The translations under genes were made by a program, and so were the position numbers. Below, in pieces: positions 1-11,246 of a stretch of 31,170 bases of DNA. Positions within the stretch are counted from its first letter, which is position 1. Every line of letters starts with the position of its first letter. A model generated the notes under the pieces. It did no database searches. It was not told where the DNA came from and worked only from the letters and a program-made list of their open reading frames with translations. Origin of the DNA: Ramazzottius varieornatus. Lineage: Eukaryota; Animalia; Tardigrada. The DNA is taken from contig BDGG01000007.1 in NCBI GenBank assembly GCA_001949185.1, forward strand, positions 347,725 through 378,894, in the 5' to 3' direction.

Positions 1-478
1 AGGTAAACCTGAGAGTCCAGACTTCTCTCAACTTGTCCAGTCGAAAGCACAGAGTCCTGACTACTGTTTGAAGGTACTCTCAACTGCCGGTAAAAATGTT
101 TCGGCCAGGGAGAAGAGTTTGAACGCGTGGAACCCTTCAGTAATCAAGAGATTGAGACCGAAGGTGCGACTCTCACATGTGAGCGAAACTATCACAAGTG
201 GTCGTCACTGTTGTCGTTTCTCTGCTCGGCCATCAACTTGTGAGAGTTTCGTTCAGACGTGAGGGACGGAGCGTCGGTCGCAATCTCTCAAATGTCTCCC
301 ACAAGTGTATTACGTCACGCAAACAAGGTTTTGAAAATTTGCCGGCAGTAGCGTGTAGAAACTTGCTCAAGCGACGTAGTACACTTGTGGAGACTTGACT
401 GCAAGACCTCTCTCGTATGCTTTCGTCTATGACTATGGGGAGTGACATTCGTAGAAAGTAGTATGTTTGTAATCGTAC

Positions 479-2172
479 TCCCATTAGCAGTCTCCTGGTG
501 TAGAGGAAGAGACCCCCTCCATCAATCGCGCAAATGTTGTTTCTGGTGTTTTCGCAGAAGTTGTCGACTTCTCGCTGTAACGCTTTCACCTAAAACGGTC
601 GGACAAATATTCGTACGTAACGGAAGGTAAACCAGTCATCAGAGAACTTACTAGTTGTCTGTCTGTTGAAACATTCCGATATCGCTGCTTAATCGCACAG
701 CTGAGTTGGTAAAGCATCGACGGTATCGCGGTGCTCTGTAAAGGGCCAAACGCACTGAAAGTTTTGCGGCAGAAAACCGACGGCAGAAAAAACAGTTTAG
801 AGTGAAAATACGACCGTATATAAAAATCAGTCAGATTGAAAGGCGTGTGGCAAAAGACGGGCGTAGCCTTGACTCATTCTGGCGCAGCCCTGAGCGACGC
901 TTTCGTTTTCTTTTTCGTATGGTTCACCATGTAACTTTCAAGTTACATGGTGAACCATGTAACTTGAAAGTACATGGTGAATCAAGGCTACCTTGGTTTA
1001 TCATCGTACATGTACGTAAAACTTGAACCTTGGACAGATCTCTCACCCTCTCTATCTCGAAGATCGAAGACCATACCTCGATTCTACACTTTTTGTTCTC
1101 GTACACTCAGCATAGCATTGAATGTCAAGGAGTACTTCGGTGAGAACGTACAGTACGGTCAAGTTTGAATATTGCGGTCTCTTACTCGTTCGTAGACTTG
1201 AACAAAATGGATTCCAAAAACAGTCCCGTAACTGCTGAAGATCAGCACGCCAGACAAATCTCGCAGTAAATCAAATAGAGCTTCAGGTTTGGAGTAATTG
1301 CTAGCGACCCGTGACAAACAACCGGCCAAAGTAATAAAGTCCCCACAGTAAATAACGAAGAGTATCCAGCTGAAAACTTTGTTGATTTTCCTGCATTGGG
1401 CGAGCACCTGCGGGTGTTGGTCAGCCTGCCATAAACAGACCCTGTCACCCAGAATGTCCAACAGTTCGGCTTGATTGGCATCTCGAACGAGCACAACAGA
1501 ACCCTCGATTTCCGCATTCAGTTCTCCAAGATTTCTGGAGAGAGCTTTTGCACAAATTATCGCAGACATATAAATTTGCTGAGCTGTAAAGAAGGGAATA
1601 GTCTGGGCAAAAAAGTACCAGAGCTGCATTTTCCAATATGGAATGTGGCTGGGAAACTGGAGACCTAGGTCGTAATTGAGGTCGAGACGCCAACGTACAA
1701 GATCGGTGACTGTCTCAATCGAGTACCATGCGAGGCTTAGTACCAGGGTCAGAATCATCAACAACCAAGATGACGCGTTAGAAGTCTTATGCCATTTCTT
1801 CGGCGCCGATACCGTCTTACGCTCTTCCATGGATCTGCCAAGTTCTAGCCATGAGCTACGATTGATGCGGAACAGCACCTGAACAGAAATCGAACGAAAC
1901 ATGGTAACAACGGATGGAGCCATCTCAAGAAGCCACATGATTGGATTGCCGTCGCCTGTAGCGCAACCAAGCACCACAATTTCTATCAGCAGGCAGAAAT
2001 GCAGGATTTGACTGATAAATAACAACGCTGCTAAACCGGAGATAGCCCACTGAAGAACACTCGTCCCTGCGGTAACCGCAGTCCATCCTGCAGACTTGTC
2101 GCGGTAGTCGTGCTGATGATACAATGGAAGATAGCCCGTCGCCTTCAAGACAACTGTTTGTGCAGTAAACAT
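479..2172 (-). CDS. Gustatory-receptor-like (7tm_7 superfamily) chemoreceptor, copy A; exons 2172-1186, 735-652, 589-479; terminal exon not identified
   Basis: Multi-TM 329-codon exon 1 ends at a GTAAGA donor. Phase-0 exons STAIPSMLYQLSCAIKQRYRNVSTDRQL and VKALQREVDNFCENTRNNICAIDGGGLFLYTRRLLMG have GT-AG boundaries. The last one resembles the GR C-terminal 'xxAxGFFxIxRxLL' region. The structure is conserved in copy B. Confidence 0.7.
739..940. mobile_element. One-ended remnant of the Harbinger-like MITE in GR copy A intron 1
   Basis: Begins AGGGCCAAACGCACTGAAAGTTTTGCGG and matches 30642-30887 in copy B. The second TIR is deleted here. Confidence 0.55.
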
Positions 2173-3254
2173 GCTGTTCAGAAAATACAGCTAACCGTAG
2201 TACTGAATGTCCTGTACAAGTTCGTGGAAGTGAAGTATGCTACTTCGCACGCGAAGACTACAGCCAAAAATGACTACGCAAAGACAGCTATTCACCCCCA
2301 GCATCAACAAACCTTTTGGAACGTCGAAATTGGAGAATGACCGATTTTTATTTGCAACATGGAATGCAGAAATTGCCAGCCGCTCCAGCTGCACTTCAGG
2401 GTGTGGAGTCGGATGCTTGGGGTTTTACGCGCAGTGAGGATCAGGGACCTTACGGGAGCGGTTGTTCTAGACCGGAGTAATGTTTTTTGCGCTAGTCACC
2501 CAAGAAAACAAGAGAGCAGAGCAGAGTAAGGACCGAAGTGTATTCCGTACATCCGTTTGGGCCGGACAGGTACCTAGAGTACACTTGTCTCAACCGGTGC
2601 ATACGTGGTCGAGCGCAAGCTGTGCGCCGGTACCTTGGTTCGTGATGCACGCGCAGAATTTTGAATTCGGAAATTTCTGGGAGTTGTTGTTGATGAAACT
2701 TCACCGCTGTTTGAATGGTCTCGTTAGCTTCAACAACTAGCCACCTTCCTGCACCTTTGCCCACTCTCCTCGACTATCATCCCTGATCTTATTGATCCCG
2801 GCGTTTTCTAGACATTAACACACATCGAAATCATACTCTGGGAACAGCTGGACCCCACTACCAGACCTTGCTGCGCTGAATATCCGTGCTGTAACTGAGC
2901 GGCTTCGAAATTCGATAATGCTTTAGATCGTTCGCTACTGGTAGGAAAGCTTGACAACTGATAGCTGATCAAGCTGCACAGATGCTTGGGTCGAAGATAT
3001 TCAAACGCTTTCATCACTAGAAGCAGGAACAGGCTTGTTGTTCTTTTATTCTTCCTCTGTGGAGTTTAGCGCACGTCTTCTTAGAAACCCCAAAGTCGAG
3101 ACACGAGCACTGGAAAAGCACCCTGTCATCTTTTTACGTTTCGCTATGCGACCAAAGACCGAACCGAGTCGGTCGTATCACTCATCAATCCAAGTCCATC
3201 CCGACCATCAGTTCGCGTGAACAGGATCATCAGGAATCAATGAAAGTCGATCAA

Positions 3255-5870
3255 ACAGCAGGCTTGAAGCAGGCGGACAAAGATAAGAGCAAGAAAGGAG
3301 ACCTCACCACTACCGTCAAGAGTAACCTGTCAAGACAGCTTGTTAACCTTGAGTTGAATGGGAAGCAGACTGTGAAGAAACAACCAAAAGACTCAGTGCT
3401 CAAGAAGTTGGTAGAGGGCAAAATCAACGACGGCGATATAAGCGGGGCGCTACGGGTGCTGTTCTCTGAGGATTCGGTGGCAGCTCCAACCCCGGAAGTT
3501 CTGGATACTCTTCGAGACAAGCATCCTTCAGAAAGCCAAGACAGTTTTTCCCAGATCCCCCAGATCGGTTGTCGCTGCCCGAAGAAGTGACGGTGGAGGA
3601 AATTCTCGCAGCTGTAAAGAGTTTCCCCAACGGATCTGCTGGTGGCGTTGATGGTCTAAGACCGCAGCATCTCAAAGACATGCTGTCAGGTGCACCGAAC
3701 GGGGCAACGGCGGCGCTAGCAGAAACATCAGCTAAGCTGATTACGCTGATGCTTTTAGGCAGAATTCCTGACGCTTTTTGCTGTGTGCTCTACGGTGCAT
3801 CGCTTACAGCCCTTAAGAAGAAAGATGGAGGCCTGTGACCAATTTCTGTGGAAAACACGCTACGCCGCTTGGCAGGCAAGATCGTTGTCAAGAGAGGGGG
3901 TCGTGTGATGGAGGAACAGGTCCGTCCTGAGCAAGTTGGTTGCGGTACCAGAGGTAGAGCAGAAGCAGCAGTCCATGCGGTTCGCTGCTTCCTTGAGGAG
4001 GGAAGAGACGAAAGTCAAGTGCTGCTCAAGCGTGACTTCAAGAACGCCTTCAACACCATACACCGAGACGTTCTTCTCCGTTTTATTAGAGACTCCTTGC
4101 CTAAATACTTCCTGTTTGCCTGGCAGTCTTACCGATATCCCTCAAAGCTACTGCTTGGTCAACATACCCTCGAGTCAGCAAGGGGCGTGCAGCACGGTGA
4201 CCCACTGGGGCCCTTATTGTTTTGCGTTCTCATCCAAAAGCTTACCAAGAGCCTCACTTCCCCCCTGAATGTGTGGTACGTCGATGACGGCACCATCAGC
4301 GGTAAGATTGAAACTGTTTTGCCAGATTTGCAGGTGGTAATCAACGAAGGATGGAAGCTCGGACTGGAACTGAACTCGGCTAAATGTGAGCTTTTCTCCT
4401 TCGGTGGTTCTGCTCTGGAACGCCAAGCCGTGCCGGAAAGAGCAGCCGTCGCCTGTCCGGGTATTCTTTTTCCTTCCAGGAGCAACCTCAACCTTCTAGG
4501 AGCACCACTGATGGAAGAGGGCCTGGAGGAAGCCGTCCGAGCAAAATAAAGTAAGATCCGGTTGGTAAACGCAGACCTAAATCTCTTGTTTGCCCACCAG
4601 ACCCTTTTCCTGCTCAAGAACTGCTTTGCCTGCCCAAGTTGCTGTACGTTTTCCGGTGCTCTCCAGTATGGAAGGTCCCTGCATTGCTCCGCGAGTTCGA
4701 CGAAGTGGTCCGGTCGAGCATGTCAGAGATTACCAACACTGGGATGAGTTCCGGTCCATGGCGACAAGCAACACTGCCTGTCAGTTTGGGTGGATTAGGC
4801 ATCCGTCGTACGGAAGAGGTCGTGCTCCCTGCCTTCTTGGCTTCGCTTCATTCTGTACAACAACTGGTGCTGACTATCCTGCCTGAAGCCGACTTGCATG
4901 GTGAAGCAAACCTCGCTCTCTCCAAATGGAGCCTCCTCTCCACAGCTGAGCCTCCTGTTCCCGAGCTTCGCCGCCAGCAGAAAGCCTGGGACATGCCTTT
5001 GCTAAAAGAAATACACGAGCAGCTAGTAAGTACTGGTTCGGATAATGATAAGGCGCGACTTCTTGCAGTTTCAGATAAGAACCTAGGCTCCTGGCTTCAT
5101 GCGCTGCCGTCATCCTCGTTGGGAAACCTGCTCGACAACAACGCCCTACGGATTAGTATTGGTTTGCGTCTTGATGCCAAGCTATGCCGTCCTCACGTGT
5201 GTCGATGTGGCACCAGCGTGGATGAGTTTAGCCAACACGGGTTGAGCTGTAAGTTCAGTGGGGGGCGTCACAGTCGTCACAGTGCGCTCAAAGAGTCCCT
5301 GAAACGCGCGTTGATAACAGCCCAAATTCCTGTAGTTCTCGAACCACCCGGGGTCTTCAGAAAGGACAAAAGACGGCCAGATGGAATGACGCGAGTCCCT
5401 TGGAAGAATGGTAAGGAGCTTGTATGGGACGTCACATTTGTGGATATACAGGCTTTGACAAACTTTGCAATGTCAACGGCGAAAGCTGGATCAGCTGCTG
5501 ACGCCGCCAAGAAGAGAAAGATCACGAAGTACGAGGACATCGGAAGCCAATCTGAGTTCTGCTCTGTTGGACTGGAGACCCTTGGACCTTGGGGTCCTTC
5601 CGCGACAGCGCTGTTCGAAGCTGTAGGAAGAAAGATGGCGGAAGTAACGGGCGAGCCGAGGTCATTTCAGTTTTTTAAGCAGCGAGTGTCCATAGATATT
5701 CAACGTGGTAATTGTTATTCTGTTCTGATTACTGTTAGAGATACGAAGGGTCTTGATGAAGTGTTTTATGTTTTAGATGTCAAAAAGGGAAAATCCGTGT
5801 AGCGTTTTTGTTAATTTTGTGTCGCTGCTTCCTCATTTTTTGAGTATAGATTATTGTCTTCAAATAAAGA
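3255..5870 (+). mobile_element. CRE-clade non-LTR retrotransposon (RT + restriction-like endonuclease), 5'-truncated and disabled
   Basis: RT motifs: GGL*PISVENTLRRL, AEAAVHAVR, DFKNAFN, GVQHGDPLGPLLF, WYVDDGT, LNSAKCE, LPVSLGGLGIR. Also a zinc knuckle (CRCG..HGLSC) and an RLE (RPDG..WD..K..KY..QRGN). Frameshifts at ~3560 and ~4630, stops at 3836 and 4547, AATAAA at ~5863. Confidence 0.9.
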
Positions 5871-6166
5871 TTTTCACTCATCAAACAGTCTACCGAAAAA
5901 AATCGCTCGAACAATAAAACAATTCAGGCAATCAATTGACGAGAACACTGAACGCCAATATCGTCAATCAGGCAAACCGGATGCATACCCTGATTGATTG
6001 ATTGGCGAAATCGAAATTCAGATGTGACTCGCACACGTGTGCAATTTAGTAGACTCATAGTACATATTGCTACTAACACACAGGAACCCCTAGTGCGGTG
6101 TGTTCCGTATCTACGAATTTTTTCCTGGGCAGCCTTCTCTGCGCGCCGTGTCATGTTTCACCGATG

Positions 6167-6514
6167 TAGTGATGTTTTAATATAGTAATATTTTATTAAA
6201 GTAGATGATAGTAAATGGTTTCAGGATCTACTATATTCAGTAATATTTAGTAAACAGAACTAGACACCGAAACCCAATATCAGCATTTTAGTAGTTTGAA
6301 ACTAGGGTCTAGTATTTTATGATAATTAAGATGTTTATCACCTGTATTAAAACATATTTTAATACCAAACCCACAGGAGTTCTACTATAGTAATAGTTTA
6401 GTAATTCAGGCAGAGGTTTTACTATAGTAATTGCAAGTTATTAAGACTTCGGTGGACGGCGGATGTTTATTTTTGTTATATTAAATGCCATAATCACATA
6501 TTAGAACATCACTA
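6167..6514. mobile_element. hAT-type MITE (348 bp, AT-rich)
   Basis: TIR TAGTGATGTT(T/C)TAATAT at both ends. Perfect 8-bp TSD CACCGATG at 6159-6166 and 6515-6522. Confidence 0.9.
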
Positions 6515-7584
6515 CACCGATGGCATTGATCACTTTACAGTTTACAAGTCCTACAGTACAAGTGCAGTGTGCGTGCGCGGTTAGCACACCGGTTTATGCC
6601 GGGACAACAGGCTCAAAACTGGAATTTCCTTGTTACCCACACCGCAGTTTTCCCGCGGCGTGGCTGCATCAGCGTGGTGCATTACTATTCGGTGAAAAAA
6701 ACATTATTTCGCCTGGTTTCTCGTTCTAGATCGTAGTTCTTTCAACGTGATCGAACTCGCTCCTACCCCGAGTGAAAAGATTATTTTAAATATTGGGTTT
6801 GGCGCGGCGGGGACCTATGTGTAGGAATACCAACACATTGTAGCATCAAATTAACACAATCGTCTCGAGCGCAGAAAGACACGAGAACGGCTAACTGTTC
6901 GTCAGGGGAACTTGTTCCTGAAACCTTGAATGCCACTCTTAATTCTTTGATCGACTGAGGCAGAGTTTGGAAATTTGGATCATTGAATCTGAATTCTGAA
7001 AGAGTGCAGCAACCGCAATTTTTCTGAACTTCCGTGGCCACATAGTTTGCCTACCGCAGTTTTTCCATCCCTGACGCGCGGCTGCACCAACGGGGCAAAG
7101 TGTTAGTTCAATTATCTTTTTATCGCGGCTTCAAACACATCTTCCAACCGTCTAGGCTACGAACTCTGCCGTTCTGTTTGCGCCAAGGGATGTCGGCAAT
7201 GCTCGAAGTCGCTTTCATGCTGTCCTTTCCCGTATACCTTTATCAGCCATATGCTCTTCTGAAACATTTTCTAAATTTTTAGAACTGCTTCTGATGTTCT
7301 TTTCCTGTCTAACAGAACGACTACGATGCACGATCCACCGCTGGTCGAACCAGACTGAGGAAACATAGTTGCTATCCTGAAGCCATCGGCAAGAGAGAAA
7401 ATTGCTGATGGCATACAACTGTCTTCCTCTTTCACTTGTAACTTTGTTGGGCAGCGCTGTCGATCTTGCTGGAGAACGTTACCCCGAGGCATTCCGCTCT
7501 GACTACCGTTAGGACCTTTCTCGCTACGAGGTGCAACTTCCACCTCTGATTCTCGCTAGTCTTGATGCCTTTTCAGATAACCGA

Positions 7585-7700
7585 AGATGTTGCGATTTTT
7601 AAATTGATCTCAATACCGGTCTCTTTACACCATTTCTGGAGCCTATATATTTCAGATCTTTCTGTAGAGCTTTGCAGTCTTCTTCGCTGTTCACTATCCA
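7585..7700 (-). mobile_element. CR1/L2-like LINE reverse transcriptase fragment
   Basis: Minus strand reads VNSEEDCKALQKDL, then after a frameshift RLQKWCKETGIEINLK. This matches the 'DCxxLQxDLxxLxxWCxxxxLxLNxxK' RT segment. Confidence 0.6.
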
Positions 7701-8529
7701 CCAGACCAAGTAGTCGGAATGCCAAAGCATCTCACACCCTGCACACTACTTGACAGTTGACAGACTGATTTCCGCGATATATACGGTTGTACAGTCCCGC
7801 GTTAACCGCTGTTAACGCCCCTGGTGGCGTTAACACGTGTGGCGACACGAGAGGCAAACGAATGGAATGAAGTTTTCCCATCGAACGGCGTAGAACATGA
7901 TCGAGGAGAATGTAGGCTGTGTTGTACAGAGAGGATGAAAGTACTGATAAGAAACCTGATATAAAGTGCGAAAAACCAATGATGCATAACGATATGAAGG
8001 CGGCGTGGACAGTATAAAGCTTGGATGAGAATGAAGAAAAGAAGGTGTTGTGCCGTGAGAGAGCGGTGGTCAGCACCCGTTAACCAAAATCAAACTCGAT
8101 TCAGTTTTAATCAACGCCACCTGGTGATCTAGTCACATTTGAACCAGGTCCGCACCCACTATGCAATCTACAACCCACAGTTATTCCTGGTTGGTGATAG
8201 GCTAACAGGCGTGTTTCTTATCTCTTGTACTTTGGGCTACCACTATGATAAAGCTGGCACTTTCGTGCGCACTGCCCATTTTATGACACAACAATGAAGT
8301 CCGCGCCTCTCTGTCTCCTTACTCGCTCACGTCACTGCCTCAGTAAACTCATACGTCAGCGCCTCACTGCCTGAGATGAAAGTCCCAGCTGTAGCGTAAT
8401 AAGGACTTACACCTCGTTCTTGACTCCGGCCTTTGACAGAGTACAGACTGTTAGATTACCCCAGTGTTGCTGCCTGAAATCAAACTGATTCTCAAAAAAT
8501 AGTCTTGCGAGAGGGAGAGGGCTGCTGTG

Positions 8530-10822
8530 TAGAGCCGTGCAACATGCAGTACGTTCTGCACTGCACTGAATTTTACTGCATTGCAGTGCAACGACGTGGA
8601 GAATGCAGTGGAGTGCAGTTGCAGTCCCGTTTTTGCGTAACGCAGTGCAGATGCAGTAACGGCAGAAGTGTGAAGATTTACTCCAATTGCCCAATCAAGC
8701 TTTCCAATACGCCGGTGTCTTATCACTATGTGCTCATGTTCAGACAGAAGGCTTTGTAACGCAATCACACGATCACAGTGTACGACAAAATAAACTGTTA
8801 AGAACGGGTGTATGGAGCCAGATGGTTAAAGCCAATGAAATTTGCGCTTGCAGTAAAACCTAATCCTCATTGGCTGAGTCGTAAGTAAGCTCAGCTGGAG
8901 TGTTACGCCCATTTTTAACGGTTAATTTTGTCGTCCACTGTACCACAGCCTGCATAATCTGCCAACTTTATATTAGGGCTTTCCGTTTTCTTCGCCGATC
9001 TACCAGTGTGCTCTGCGATTAATATCCCGTTTATTGGAGCTCCTATTTTGATACGAGCAGTGGGGATGAACACTGAGAGTACGAAGGAGGATCTCGAGAT
9101 GGACGAAACTGAGAGAGAGTCGCTTGATGATGGTGATAACAGCCCTGCAGAGTCAGAAACTGATAACGACAACCCGGATCGTGTTCGACAAACTGGTGTC
9201 CAGTTGGAAGCAAGGTAACACTGCCAATCCCATAAGAGTAAATTCAAGCATGCTTAAAAATTAGAGCTCTAATATCAAAACTTGCAGCAAAATGATCATC
9301 AAAGATGTAGAAAGAGCTGTGAAGGAAAAGCGTTATATTGCTGTTGAAGCTGCTCCGTCCAAAAGAAGAAATGTAGCCAAGTTCTGGAGCTACTCTAGGA
9401 AGGTGCAGGATAAAGCCACGGGATGCCCTTTGAGTTACATCAGCTGCCTACGATGCCGCCAGATCTTCAAGCATTCGCGAACATCGTGTACCGTGGTGCA
9501 TAAGCGTCACATCAACACTTGTGGCCAAGCTAGCAATCAACCCTTTATCACTGGTTTTGCCTTTAGTACGTTGCCCAACTCCATCCGAAGTGGCTAAGCA
9601 CAAGGTATCGCAAGCTGTGCTCGGTACTGCGCGAGAGACAACAGGAGCTTTGAAGAAGTTAGGGGGAAAGGCTTCAAGGACCTGGTCGACGAAGTTATCG
9701 ACGTTACCTCCAAGTGCAACTCCTCCGGCAAATTTACAGCTCAAGAACTCTTGCCCCATCCAGCTACTGTTAGCAGATACATGGGGAAAGAAGCGGAGAG
9801 ATTGCGTCAGACGCTGCTAGCTGAAACGAGGCCGATTTCAACAATGCAGGGAGGTGGCATAACTTTGGATTTCTGGGAAGAGGAATACACCGAGACTTCA
9901 TATCTCGGTACGCTTAACCTTATGGCTTGCCTGGGTGCTTTCTTATAGCTCTATTGCACATGTAACTGATAGATCTATTGCAGGCATAACTGCACATTAT
10001 TTTAAAGGATGGGAGCTCGAAGAAAAGTTGCTGTTATGTGCTGAATGGGACACGATGGACCGGAAGATAGCAGAGATAGTTCGCGCGTTCCTGTTTCGCA
10101 AGCTGGCTACGATCAAGCTACTGCAATCGGAGCTTAGGAGTGTCATCTACGTTACCGATGCAGGCTCCAATGTCAAGGCAGCTTTTACGCTACGGAACAA
10201 GCCAGCCCCGAGTCGCATCACATGTGCTGGGCACCAGCTGAACACCGGTATCAGAAAGTGTTTCAACAGTAACCCAAAGTCCGAGTTCGTGATTCCTGCA
10301 GCCGCCATTCCTGCTTTGGACCTCCGGAATGAAGTAAAGAGCCTTGTCGAACACTGTAAAAGAGCGGCTATTGTGAAGCAGCTAAAGACCTCGCTGAAAC
10401 AAGAGTGTGATTAGAGGTGAACGTTATAAGAGCTCCGATAAATTTCTTGACAAAACAGTTTTGCTGATTCCTAATTTTGCAGGTGGAATTCAATGATCCA
10501 CATGTTAGCTTATGTACTCAGTGCGTATGATGAGCTATTAGTTGTGCTTTTGGAAAGAGAAGAGGCTGATTTGCTGCCAGACCGAGAAAAGGTCCAAGAG
10601 ATGCACGACTTGTTCGCGCCTGTGAAGCCTGCGACGGAAATCCTTTCCGCTTCTAAGACGCCAACCATCAATCTTGTGATTCCGGTCTACCACAACCTCC
10701 TCCAGCACTTCGAGCATATCCAGGCATCGGAACACGACGACATCAGAGCTTTTCAAGTCCATGCCTCAAATGTTGTTTCTGTTTCTGAGCTGTTTCAGAG
10801 TTGTTTAACATGCCAGTTTTGA
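8530..10822 (+). mobile_element. hAT (Hermes/hobo/Ac-like) DNA transposon, 3'-truncated
   Basis: Probable left end TAGAGCCGTGCAAC followed by clustered TGCA(G) subterminal repeats (8530-8660), then a transposase remnant. No matching right TIR found. Confidence 0.8.
9066..10822 (+). pseudogene. hAT transposase pseudogene with introns
   Basis: BED finger (FWSY..CLRC..HINTC), DNRSFEEVRGKGF..LPHPATVSR, catalytic LDFW, VTDAGSN, CAGH, and ECD*RWNS with an in-frame stop. Frameshifts at ~9590-9620. The C-terminal dimerization region and third catalytic residue are absent. Confidence 0.88.
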
Positions 10823-11246
10823 ATTGTTGCCCGAGCAGTTTTTCGGTATAGTACCGCCAGTCCCAAATAGAGATGTGTTGTTTTACTGGACGCGATGCAT
10901 GGCTCGCTATCAGGGGTTAATTTCACTGCTTACATTAGGCGTCATGTAATCATCGCAATGGGTCATACGTCAAGAAATGGCAACCAATGCCACGCTGTGC
11001 AATCAAGGCAGATATCCACCGTAGTCCATATCATGATAGCATATCAAAGCATTATGCTCGTTACCAAAGCCTGTAAACTGGATTTAATTACTACAGCTAA
11101 AAATGTCATTTCACTATCCAAGCGAATAACTTCACTACTCGGCGAACGAATCGGTCCTCTACTTTTACTTCTTGCCTCATTCACATCCCGGTCACCACTT
11201 CCTCTTCTATCTATCGGAGGAGCTTGAACAGGGCATAAAACCTAAG

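Larger units (their letters stand above)
456..2479. repeat. Left arm of a large inverted segmental duplication
   Basis: Reverse complement of 29072-31170 with high identity and a few indels. Homology ends near ...ggagta at ~2479/29072. The outer boundary lies beyond the right edge of the window. Confidence 0.97.

Noticed and set aside
233-478. Unspliced continuation of GR exon 3 (VRLQTYYFLRM...) as the C-terminus
   Set aside because: A GTACGA donor follows LLMG at a typical GR intron position and the downstream sequence is not TM7-like. The true last exon could not be determined.
2110-2437. Short ORFs duplicated in both arms upstream of the GR genes
   Set aside because: Their conservation is explained by the recent DNA duplication, with no independent sign of coding.
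6640-7160. Degenerate direct repeat ACCGCAGTTTT..GGCTGCA at ~6640 and ~7054, and ORF 6781-7041
   Set aside because: The match is short, with no termini, TSD or protein motif to classify it.
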